From: Thalia democratica
Lineage: Eukaryota
Assembly (NCBI GenBank): GCA_965202585.1
Contig: OZ241833.1
Coordinates: forward strand, 13,144,001 to 13,208,000
Direction: 5' to 3'
DNA length: 64,000 nucleotides
Part shown: piece after piece, positions 27,578 to 38,792 of the stretch
How the letters are laid out: each line of letters starts with the position of its first letter
Position numbering within the stretch: the first letter of the stretch is position 1
Program-made: the position numbers and the translations under genes
Notes under the pieces: model-generated
What the model was told of the DNA's origin: nothing
The model's database searches: none
Seen by the model: only the letters and a program-made list of their open reading frames with translations

Positions 27578-29752
27578 TATTAGGAGAAAAGAAGTTAATT
27601 ATTTAGTATAAAGTGGTCCACCTTAAATTTAAAGTTGCTTTGATTATAACATTTCAATGCCTAAGATTGACTATATTGGCAAAATAAGTTGTGAGCTAAG
27701 TAAATTCTTTTTTGATAATGGAAAGCAAAAAAAAGGTTGATCTTTTGTTCTCCTTCATTTTTAAAGAACTCTTCTTTAAACTAGTACATTTTATTTTAAG
27801 CTAATTACATGACTTTATATTTTATTATTATTTATTTATTTATTTTTTTTAAATAAAAAACTTATTTACTATTTTAAGTGTTTTTTTGTAGTTATTTACA
27901 TGATTGTTTTGATGTAGTTTAGTTTCTATATTTAGACACTTAGACAAAAACTGATAGTTTTAATTAAAAAAGTGGATTTATTTTATACTTTTTAATTAGT
28001 TTAAACAATTTTTTTTTATAAATACAGCTTTATTTTATTCCTTCATTTTGAATGTTGCAGCTTTATTTTATGTATTTTTTATTATTTTTATTTTCTTATG
28101 TTATAGCTTTAATTTATTTTTGCTTATTTTTTGTTGGTTGAAATAAGTTGATAGTAGAGTCTAAATTCTTTAACATGATTAAAAAAGAAACTTCAAATTT
28201 ATTTATTAATTAATTTTTATTTTTTAATCTTTTTTAAATCATATAAAAAGTTAAATTATTTGCTAAAACTATTGATAAATTAAAAAATTAAAAACAATTC
28301 AGATAGAAACTTTACCTTTTGATGTGGAGTTCAATATATATTTTATGTGTATTTAATGTTAGATATATTGTGTATATAATTATTTTATTAATTTTTTATA
28401 TAGTTAATTTATTTCTTAAAATTTTTTAATGTTGTAAAGTTTAATAGTCTCATTTTAGATAGATTTTTTTGATTTAGAGTCTAAATTTTGACTGTAAAGT
28501 TTTTTTTATTTTTTTTTTCATTTGTAGCTCATTATAAATTTGATTAAGTTTGGTATGCAACTCAATGACCAAGAGGTCTTTTTTCGTATCAAGGTCCTTG
28601 AACCAAAAAATTTTGAACAATTTTTTGTTTTTCTGAATAAACCACTATATAAAGAAGCGCACCAGCTGTCTTACTAATTTTATATGTTGCACTGCAATTA
28701 AACAAAGCTAACGTCATTAATCTTATCAGCAAATGGTAGGTTGATAGTAAAACATGATAAACTGTTTGTAGATTGAAAACTGCAGGTTTAAGGGTTGTGA
28801 CTGACTAACAATAGTTTTGCTAAATACACAAGATACTCGGACATTGAAGTTTTAGAAAACCCTAGGATGACTCAGTTTCACTCAAGGATAGCCCAGGATA
28901 TTTTGAGTTTATTTTTTAAACTCAGGATAGTTTTGTTATTTAAAAAAACAGAGCAGAATAGTTTGAAGATTTCTGAAAATCTAAGGCCAGTTTTTTTCAA
29001 GATATTGAATTAAATTAGGTCGATTTAGTTCCAACTTTTTATTTATTTTAAAACCAATTTTTTGAAAAATTACGTTTTTATTGATATTGAAAAGTTTCTA
29101 AGTTTTTCTAAGGGTTCAAAAATACTAAGGATGACTTAATTAAAGCCAGGTCTCAGTCCACCAAAAGTTGTCTGATAATCAAAGTAGTATGATCAAACCT
29201 TCATGTTAACTATTACAACTGTTGTTGTAGAGTTGTTTTTATTCAAAATTTTTTTTGTGCAAATTAATTTTTTTTTAACTGAATAGCAGATGTTCTCACA
29301 AAATGCCATTTAATGATGAATAGTATTTTGCAGGTTTAGAATAAGTAGTATTGAAAAAGTAAATAAAAAAAAGCTTTACCTATAAATTCAGGCTAACTCA
29401 GGTAAGTTTTTAGTGTTGCAGGCTAATTTACTTTGCTTTAATATGTGTAGAAATATATGTTAACTGTATTTTAATTATATTTAGATTACAAAAGATTTCT
29501 TTAACTGAAATCAAGTTGCAACAAAATGCTTATTAAAATAGCAAGTTTTATTTTTATTCTTATTGTTTTCTTTAACATCTTTTATAAAAGCTAAGTAACT
29601 AAAAAAAATAGTAAAATTTCCTACGTTTTTGTCTTAAAACTAAAATGTTGAAAAATAACTTAAAAAAATAACTAAAAAAATGTCAAAAATTAAACTTAAA
29701 TTTGTTTTTCTCTTTTAGATGTTAACTTAGTATAATGTGGAACTAAAGTTTA

Positions 29753-32700
29753 ATGGAAATGGCAGCAAAACTAGCTTTAAAAATTAAAGAAAAGTATAAA
29801 GATTATTGTCAGAAAGAAAATAGAAAACCTCATTCTTATATCTTAGAGTGTTTACAAAATATAGCTTCAGATGATTCAATAGACTCAATAACAGAAATTA
29901 ACTTAAATTTATGTGGCAATGGAACATTGAAGACAGCTGAAAGAGTTGGTTGTGGTATATCTGCAAATAGAATAACAGATGATGACTCAAACTTGTTTTG
30001 TCAATCAATCAGTTTTAATACTGCTATACGCTCTATAGATCTTAGGTATAACAACTTGACAGACAATGCTGTGCAAGGATTTAGACAACTTTTAGAAAAC
30101 TCTATTAGCTTACAAGAGTTAAATTTGTTGGGAAATAACATAACTGAAAAAGGTGTAAAGCTTTTAGCTCAATCATTACAAAAAAACTCGGTACTGAAAT
30201 CTTTAAGGTTAACTGGCAACAAAATTGGAAATAGAGGAGGCATGTTTCTAGCTCAAGCACTTCAGGTAGTTTATTATTACTTACATATATTAATAAATGG
30301 TGTAAGGTAAAACGTTTGGCAAACTTGTCTAATCAAAATACTCTCACTTGTAACTTCTAATTTAAAACAGCGTATTTGATTTTTAGTTTATATTTAAAGT
30401 TTTTAAAAAAGGTGTTATGTTAATTGTTAATAAGCAGTACTATTCTGCAATAATAATATTAATTTATATTTATTATATTATTTTTTTCAAAGTTCAATGT
30501 TTCTGGGAACCCCTAATTTAATTTATCATAAAATGTTTAATATAATATTTCCTGCAAAAAAACAAAAATAATTTCAGTGAAAAAACGAATTTTTTAGCAA
30601 AACTATATCATTGTTTAAAATCATACCAATTGTAATTATTAAGTCAAGTCAAACTCAAAGTGCGCCAGAGGCAATATGTATTTTTTATCCTATAATAAGT
30701 AAACTAAAACAAACCTGATTAATCGCAACGTCATAAAAATCTTTCCTTGCATAATAAAAACAAAATGAAAGCTACAACCATTAACAAAATGAACATGAAC
30801 CAAATCGAATTCACAGATTACTGTAATAAACGGGTAAGAAGCCCAACGATAATAAATAAAAAACATTTTGTGCGAAACTTGAACTTATCTCTTAGCAACA
30901 AGCATGTCAATGCGCGGATAGATTTTGATAGATAGAGACAGGCAGATAAGGTTAGAGTCAGCATACAGTTCCTTTGCTTCGATTTAATGTTTGTTACATG
31001 CGAAAAGCCGGACTCGCAAAGATAAGTGGTGGTGAATAGTAAAATAAATTTTACTGCACGCTTTGCTAAGACGGGGTACTCTGAAATTGCACATATCTAA
31101 AAGCTCCTTCCCTTTGAAACTCAATTTTGAATTGCTATCTTCAGATAGTTGCAGCAATTTGTTTTCTGTATCTGTAGGAAGATTCACTTCTTCTGAAGCA
31201 ATATCACACATAAAAGGATTCAAAATCCATAAATTTCCGATGCAAACATCTTCAGGAAAATAATGATGAAACTTTATGGACAAAAGATCAAGGTGGTTGT
31301 ATATTGTCAGAGAAGTTGAATTCTATGCATTTTTCATGGGCCTCATCAAACCGGTGAAACATTGCAAAATTACCATTGCTTACCTTTTTCTTCCAAAATT
31401 TAATTCTAATTTAAACGCCTCAATCTTGTCTGTCATGACAAAAATGCTTCCCTTGCATGCTTAAGTTCAAAGCGTTCAATTCTTCAAAAATATCGGTGAG
31501 ATAAGCTAGCCTGGCCAAAAAACATCATCTTTAAAGAACTTCACTAATTCTGAGCCTTCATCTTTAAGAAAGGTGAACACCTGCTTCTTTAATTCAACGA
31601 GACGAACCAAAGTCCGCCTCTTCGACAGCCAGCAAACTTTGTTGTGATAAAGAAGTCGCAGATGGTCAGCATCTAAACTTTCACATAGGTCTTTGAAACA
31701 TCTGGCCTTTGTGTCACTTTTCTTTATATAATTAAAAGTTTTATTCGACGCTGAGAGAACTTCTTGTAAACAAGATGGAAGATGTTTTGTTGCGAAATTT
31801 TCTCTATGTAAAAAACAATGTATCCATTTAGCTTCAACTGCTTTATCCTTCATTTTTCTCACTACACCATTTTTGGACCCAGTCATAGACGCTGCACCGT
31901 CAGTACAAATGCCGACACATTTTTCCACTCTAAACCCTTGCTGATGAAATAATTTTTGACACCTTTCATTACTTCAACGGAAGTTGTTTTTGTATAGTGA
32001 TGTACCGAACCCACAATTTTGAGTCCGGCCGGACCCGGATCCGGACTTTTTTTTTCAAATTAGAATCCGGCCGGAACCGGATTCGGACTTTTTTTTTTTA
32101 TATCAAGATGCTGGATCCGGATATCAAACAAAAATGGCAATATCCGGCCGGATCCTGACCCAGATAGTGAGTCCGGTACATCACTATTTTTGTGGATAAT
32201 TCTCCACAAAATAATATATCTTCGTTGAATCCTTCCTGGGTTACATGACAATTCAAATTCAGACAACTCAAATTCTGACAATTCAAATTCTTAAAAAAAA
32301 GTTCAAAAGACTATATCTCAATAAGTAATATAAATTAAAAAAAAAATAAAGATATATATGTTGATCTTATAAATAAAAACAAATTATACAGTAATCTTCC
32401 TTTATTCTACCAACATTTCTGTGTGTCAACGAATCAACACACTTCAACTGGGTTCTGTAAAAAATAATTACTGTAATGAGAGAATAGAAGCATAGAATAA
32501 AGTAGGTGTATACATGTTTTCATTAAAATAAGATATTTTCTACAGATAATAGTTATTAATAGGTGAAATACTTAATATTAAGTCCGACTGTTATAAAACT
32601 ATATAATGTTTTTGATTATAGTCTAAAATAAGTAAATTAAGCTAAATTACACAACAAAACATAATATAAACAAATAACTCACGTTAATGGGAAAGATAAC

Positions 32701-35700
32701 TAATTCAAATTTTATTGTTGTTAACTAATGAAAAATACATTCGTTACAACTAATAATTACGTCACAATGTAAATTAGGTTATTTAAGGGCATAGGGGGGG
32801 TAAACACCCTTTTTTGGTTTTTGATCTTATTTTATATAGTTTTTACTAAGCTACAAGATGCTTTTTACAGATTTAAAAAATTCAAATCAATTTTTGAGAT
32901 ATAGCCGGTCAAAGTCGGAGCCAACAATAGGTTCCTTATGGAAGGCGCAAACTAAAACGGCAAAAATAGACTATTTCACTAAAAATCTATCTTCTCCTAC
33001 GTTTTTCAAGATAACTACCTCAAACTTTCAGGAAGTGTTCCTTGATATATTTAGAAAATTCTGTCATAAGGAATTTGAAAAAAAAATTAAAAATGAAAAA
33101 ATTATATAAAAAATAAACAAAAAAAAACAGTTTTTTTTTGTTTTTTTATTATAAATTTCTTTTTTGATTTACCCCCCCCCTATGCCCTTAAACTATTTAA
33201 TTTGTATTGCAAAGTACATTAATTTAGTTTTTATGTAATCTATTTTGAACAAAAATAAAACATTAACAGTTAGTGAATCAATAAAATCTAATAAAACTTA
33301 ACGACGCTGAAGGCAATAAAAGTCACAGAAACTTGATGTAACATGTATATTATATATTGAATATTTGTAATGATTGAATCAAAGTTATATAGAGTTAGGA
33401 AGCAAATTTAGTTCAAATGTATAAATAAAAAATGAAAAAATTAAACTTAAAAAAAAAAAAAAAAAAAAACACAAAAAACAAAATTGTTATTGGGCTTAAA
33501 ATGTACTGACCGATAATTAATTTACAGCAACATACATAAAATCATAATGACCTAAATTAAATATATATTGTATTTTATAATTAATAAAATAATAATTGGT
33601 AAAGTAGGAGTCGGCTGTTTAATTTAAATATCCCATACAGATATTTTAAATATTTAATAAGTAAATTGTGTTATATATGAAAGTTAAAATGTAAAACAAC
33701 AAGGTAGTCATATGCTAAGTATAAACCTGCAGTAAAAAACCTACTAGCTCTCTTGGGCGTAGTAGGTAAAAAAGCACGGTTTATCTGTGATTTGAATACA
33801 GATATAATCTGTATGAATATGTTGATTTTATTACTATCTACAGGCCACTTTTTCCTTTTTTGCAAAATCTTAAACATTTTTCAAGAAACTTTAAAAATAC
33901 TAAAAATAACTATATTTTTTACCTTATTTAAGCTATATCTCAAAAAATATTTAATGTCTTGCAAAAAAAAAAAGTCTTGTAGATATTAAATATGACCTAC
34001 ATATGCATTTTTTATATTAGACAAATATACATTATTTTTTTTGTTTGTGGCCCTTTCAATTTTATTTTAAGAATTTTAATTGTCGGAATTTGAATTGTCC
34101 AAATTTGAGTTGTCGTGCACCCCTTCGTTGAATCCTTCCTGCCCCCACAATATCTAACAAAAACGAGTAACAAGGCGTTGCCGCTTACGTCAGTGGACTC
34201 GTCTAATTGCACAACATAAAATAGACTGGCTTTTAATTTCTCCAGTAGTTGATCCTCTGTATCACTAGCTATCTCCATGACCCTGGATTGGATTGTGTCA
34301 TTAGACAGAGGAATTGTTCTAAGTTTTTTAACATGTGCTTTTGATGCAACTTCCTCGCACAGATCAATAGTAAAAAAAGGATATTTTCTTGACTTCACTA
34401 AAAATAGAAATTAAAAAAATTTCAAAAATTTGCGCAACCAGGACACCTATTAATAATGAATACCCATTAAAATTCCTACCGCTAGATACACACTAAACAG
34501 ATTAATGAATGCTATAATTATATATGTTTTCCATTTTTTTTTAAGTTTTATGATTTATGTTTTTTTTTTCTTTCAAATTTCTCTTTTAAATTTCGAAAGG
34601 CTTCACGGAACCCCTGAGAGGCGTTGCGGAACCCTAGGGTTCCGCGGAACCCCATTTCAGAAGCACTAATCTAGTTGACAAGTGTAAGTTTGAAAAAAAG
34701 TAGAATTTAATTTCAAGTGCTTACCATTTAATAATTTTTATGACACTTGACGCATGCCACATAGAATCAATTTAGACCGCAATGTATTTTTCTGATTAAA
34801 AAGCCCACCCATTGTGTTTACAGTTTACAAGGTTTTTCGGCTCATGCAACTCTGAGAGCTTCGAAAAATAACTATACTATATTTAAAAATAAAAACAAAT
34901 TGCACAGTAATCTTCCTTTATTGTACCAACATATGTTTCTGTGTGTTAACGAATCAACACACTTCAACTTGGTTCTGTAAAAAAATAATTACTGTAATGA
35001 CAGAATAGAAGCATAGAATAAAGTAAGTGTATACATGTTTTCATTAAAATAAAATGATTTCTACAGATAATAGTTAATAATAGGTAAAAATACTTAATAT
35101 TAAATCCGACTGTTATAAAACTATATAATATTTGTGATTATTAAATCTAAAATAAGTAAAGTAAACTAAAATACACAACAAAACAACAAATCATAACATA
35201 AACAAAGCACTCATTTTAATGGAAAGAATAACTGATTCAAATTTTACTGTTGTCAATGAATATACAAAATACATTAATTACATCTAATAATTATGTTACA
35301 ATATAAATGAGGTTATTTCAACTATTTAATTTGTATTGCAAAGTTTGTTAACTTAGTTTTTATGTTTGTAATCTATTTTGAACAAAAATAAAACATCAAC
35401 CATTAGTTAAGGAATCAATAAAATTTCATAAAACTTAACAACGGTGAAGACAATAAAAGTCACAGAAACTCGATGTAACATGTATATTATATATTAAATG
35501 CTTGTAATGATTATATCAAAATTATATACAATTAGGAAGCAGATTTAGGTTAAATGTAAAAATCAAAAATGAAAAAAATTAAAATTTAAGAAAGCAAAAC
35601 ACAAAAGAAAACCAAACTTGTTATTGAGCTTACAAAGTACTGACCGATAATTAAGTTACAGTGACATACATACATAAAATCACAATTACTTAAGTTACTT

Positions 35701-37462
35701 ATATATTGTGTTTAATAATTATAAAAATATAGAAATAATTGATTGATAAAGTAGCAGTCGGGTGTATAAATTAAGTATCCCATACGGATAAATTAAATAC
35801 TTAACTTAACTTAAATGTAGTTTTATAACAGTATAACAGAAAGAGAGCATAATTAAATTTATAACTTGATAGGCTACTAGCTGACTTAAGTTAAATCCAA
35901 ATAATTGAAAAGTGCATTGAAAATTTTCGAATGTTATTGATACTATCATTATGACGTAACTAATATATGGTTTAAACAGTTTAAATAGCTAGTTTAACAA
36001 TATTAGTACTGTACAGTCAAAAACATTTTAATTAACATTTATACATTCTAGTACTTCAACCTATTAAACAACTTTTTTTTTAATTAATAACTTTTTTTTT
36101 TCAAGTTTTGTTTTTTTGTTTTAAAATAAACAAAATCATTGCGAAAGTCTATAGAGCCTAAGCCTGGATTTTTATATACTTGTATGCTGTAAAACAAGCT
36201 CAAGTTTACATTCTTGTTTTACAGGTTCAAAAACTATTAATTTTACGCATCTCTTTTTACTTGATTTAACTTTAAAACATTTGCAAATGTAAGTTTTGTG
36301 GATATAGTTTTACATTGGTTGTTCTTTAGGTAAATTTTTGATTACTCCGGGTTCGACAAACATGAAACAGTTTATTTTTGTTTTAGTTAGACAAAGCTGT
36401 AGAGTTGTTAAGCCGTAAATATTGAGAGTCTTTTAAAACTACAATACTAACAAGATGAAATTTATTAATAAGTATTTACTAATAAAAATAATTGGTTATT
36501 TAAGATATTAATAAATTAAACTGATAAATCCCATAACTACAGCTTTGAAAATATATAATATACCTAAATAAACACTTAACTTTACACAATAGTATTCAAA
36601 CTTTAAAAATAAAAAACTTTTTCATTATAAGTAAAAATTGAGTTTGCTCTGTATCTAACAGGTCAATAAAAGTTTACATATATTGGATGTTGGAGATTGT
36701 GATTTACGTATAGAGTGTATCATTGCGTTGTCAACTGTTCTTACACAAAATACGCATCTAAAGGCAGTGGTACTAAGTCGTCCTATTTTTTTCTCACATC
36801 AGGAAGAGCAGGCAGTTCACATTAGCAGAATGCTTCGAATGAATTCGAGCCTTACAGAGATTCATTTAGAAAAATTCGATCTGCAAGACTTTGGTTTAAA
36901 AACGTTATGTGAAGGCTTGTTAGAAAACTGTGTGCTTAAGTACCTTAACATAAGCAGCAACCGTTTTTCTCGAGATGGAGGTCATATATTGGCTAAATAT
37001 TTAAAAGAAAATACTCCTCTTGAAATTCTTGATGTATCTAATAATAGACTAGAAGATGAGGGTATTTCAATCATATCAAACTCTCTTGCTTTATACAACA
37101 CACATCTACTAGCTCTTTCAGTACGATTTAATCAAATAGGACCAGCTGGTTTATACAATTTGTCACAGTCGCTGTACCACAATAAAGTACTAAAAAACTT
37201 GTATGTTTGGGGTAATAATACTACTAACTCAAAAGGATGTGCAGCCATTGGCCAGCTTTTAGCTAACAAGCGTATAAAAGAAAGAAATACAGATGTTAGA
37301 CCTTATGTTGTTAATGGTGAAATGTGCTTAGCTGAACTTTCACATGGCTTGAAAAGATTTTACTACTGGACACCAACCTATGGGCCTGACCTCAACCCCT
37401 ATAAAGAAATAGAAGACCACCCATGTGATGTCGGAGATGGATATACGTTGCCATCATGGTAA
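29753..37462 (+). CDS. LRRC34: Leucine-rich repeat-containing protein 34, 2 coding exons, 437 aa
   Basis: Exon 29753-30265 (ends ALQ|gtagtt, phase 0) joins exon 36662-37462 (ctaacag|VNKSLHILDVGDCDL). RI-like LRRs (LDLRYNNL, LNLLGNNI, LRLTGNKIG, LDVSNNRL) plus the C-terminal D/V-PY-V.G...LAE-S-GLKR-YYW-PTYG segment characteristic of LRRC34. Confidence 0.88.
31995..32186. mobile_element. hAT-type MITE (TAGTGATGTACCG TIRs) inserted in the hAT transposase ORF
   Basis: TIRs TAGTGATGTACCG/CCGGTACATCACTA; 8-bp TSD tttttgta/tttttgtg; internal CCGGATCCGG repeats. Removal restores S-T-K-T-T-S-V-E. Confidence 0.85.
32238..34122. mobile_element. Mutator-like TIR element (GGGTTACATGACAATTCAAATTC...) with nested inserts and an 18-bp flanking duplication
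   Basis: Same termini as the 8803-9220 copy. Flanked by CTTCGTTGAATCCTTCCT at 32220-32237 and 34123-34140. Confidence 0.85.
32787..33187. mobile_element. MITE with TTAA TSD and GGGCATAGGGGGGGTAAA TIRs (Kolobok-like)
   Basis: TTAA at 32783-32786 and 33188-33191. The paralogous uninterrupted site is visible near 35311-35330 (ggttatttcaactatttaat). Superfamily assignment rests on 5'-RR termini plus TTAA only. Confidence 0.75.
34887..35820 (+). repeat. About 0.9-kb unclassified interspersed repeat, second copy at about 32371-33670 (interrupted by the TTAA MITE)
   Basis: Colinear similarity from aaataaaaacaaatt..cagtaatcttcctttatt through atcccatac.gata; no TIRs or ORF recognised. Confidence 0.8.
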
Positions 37463-38792
37463 AACAGTTTCTTATAAAACTGTATTGTCTTGGTTATATA
37501 ACATTTTTGTTTACACTAAAAACGAATAACTTATTTAGTTAGTTGATGTAACCATTTTTGTGATACTATTTATCAACTATGAATACAAATACTTTTCAAA
37601 ATTAGTAGGTAGTTTATCGACTTATAATTTTTTTGTACATTTAAGTTAGTATTTTTTTAAATATTGAATATAATTTATTTTAATTGTATTTTTTGTTAGT
37701 TCATAAACGATGTTATATATAAAATTTCAAAGAACTAACTAACTTATAAAAACTATTGCAGTAATTAAGCTATTAATGTTATTTTTTATGAAGATGTGGT
37801 CAAATTTTTTATCTAACATTATTTAAATAACTAAATTAAATACTATCAGTTTAATATAAAAAATACCATTTTTTTCTATTGCAATGAACAAACATTATTA
37901 TTGGTTTTAATTAAAAGAATATATGCAGTATAAATTTAGTGAAGTTAGTTGATTAACTGCAATTATAAACTGAAAAAAACGAACAAACATTTTTTTGTTT
38001 TGTAAAATGGTTTTAATTTAAATATAATATTAAGTTTCTTAAAAATTTTTCATATGCATGTGATAGACCTATAACTTTTATCTCATTATTAATATAAGCT
38101 TTCATTTATGTTAGAAAAAAGTTAGTTAACTTTAATGTTTAAAACATGTATAATTTAATTACTGTTTTGTATTACTTTTTTTTTCTAGATAACATGGAAT
38201 TTCAATTATATTTTTGCGAAAATTAAAGAAATAAATTATTAAACACTACTTAGTAGTAATAATAGTCGCTATTTGAAAAGTTATAACTCAGTAAGCAACA
38301 TATTATGCGTATATATTTTTTTGAAATTTAATAAAAAAACTTAACATCGTAACTACTTTCAGTTTTACAATACTTGTTTTAAGTTTAACGAGTCAAAAAA
38401 TTTGATTCGCTAAATGCAAAAAAAAAGTTTTTATAGTATTTTACGTAAGTTAGTTGAATACGTTAAAAGATTTTACATCAAAATTATTTCTCAAACTTTT
38501 ACATGTAAAAGAGCGTACAAACTAAAAGCAGAAGGCAGTTAATAAAAATAAAAAGTTTGATAAACAACACATATTTACTTTTAAAAGAAGTCAAGAGTAA
38601 TATTTTTTTAGACATATTTATACAAGTTTTAGAAAGAAAATTTTCCTAAGAAAAGCTAAATAGTAATAAAATAACAGTTTTCAGATTTGAAAGGTAAAAT
38701 CGAATAATAATATTTATTATTTAAGCTTGTTAAAGTAATTAAACACTGGACTTTGTTACTAAAATTTTTTTTCCGGTATGATAATAACAGTT

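Larger units (their letters stand above)
30495..34668 (-). mobile_element. Decayed hAT transposon (Buster/Charlie, ZBED5-like transposase) inside the LRRC34 intron
   Basis: Minus-strand fragments: LRTIPLSNDTIQSR..QLDESTD..LLVFVRY (34398-34142), EGFNEDILFCGELSTK|TTS, CTDGAASMTG..WIHCFLHRE (31928-31506), LNPF and TTYLCESGFS dimerisation motif (to about 30870). 5' terminus TAGTGCTTCTGAAATGGGGTTCCGCGGAACCC at 34668; degenerate opposite terminus near 30495. Confidence 0.88.

Noticed and set aside
32060-32286. Two short ORFs beginning MSEFELSEFEL / MNCQNLSCLNL
   Set aside because: Chimeric frames running from a TIR repeat through 17 codons of hAT transposase into a MITE.
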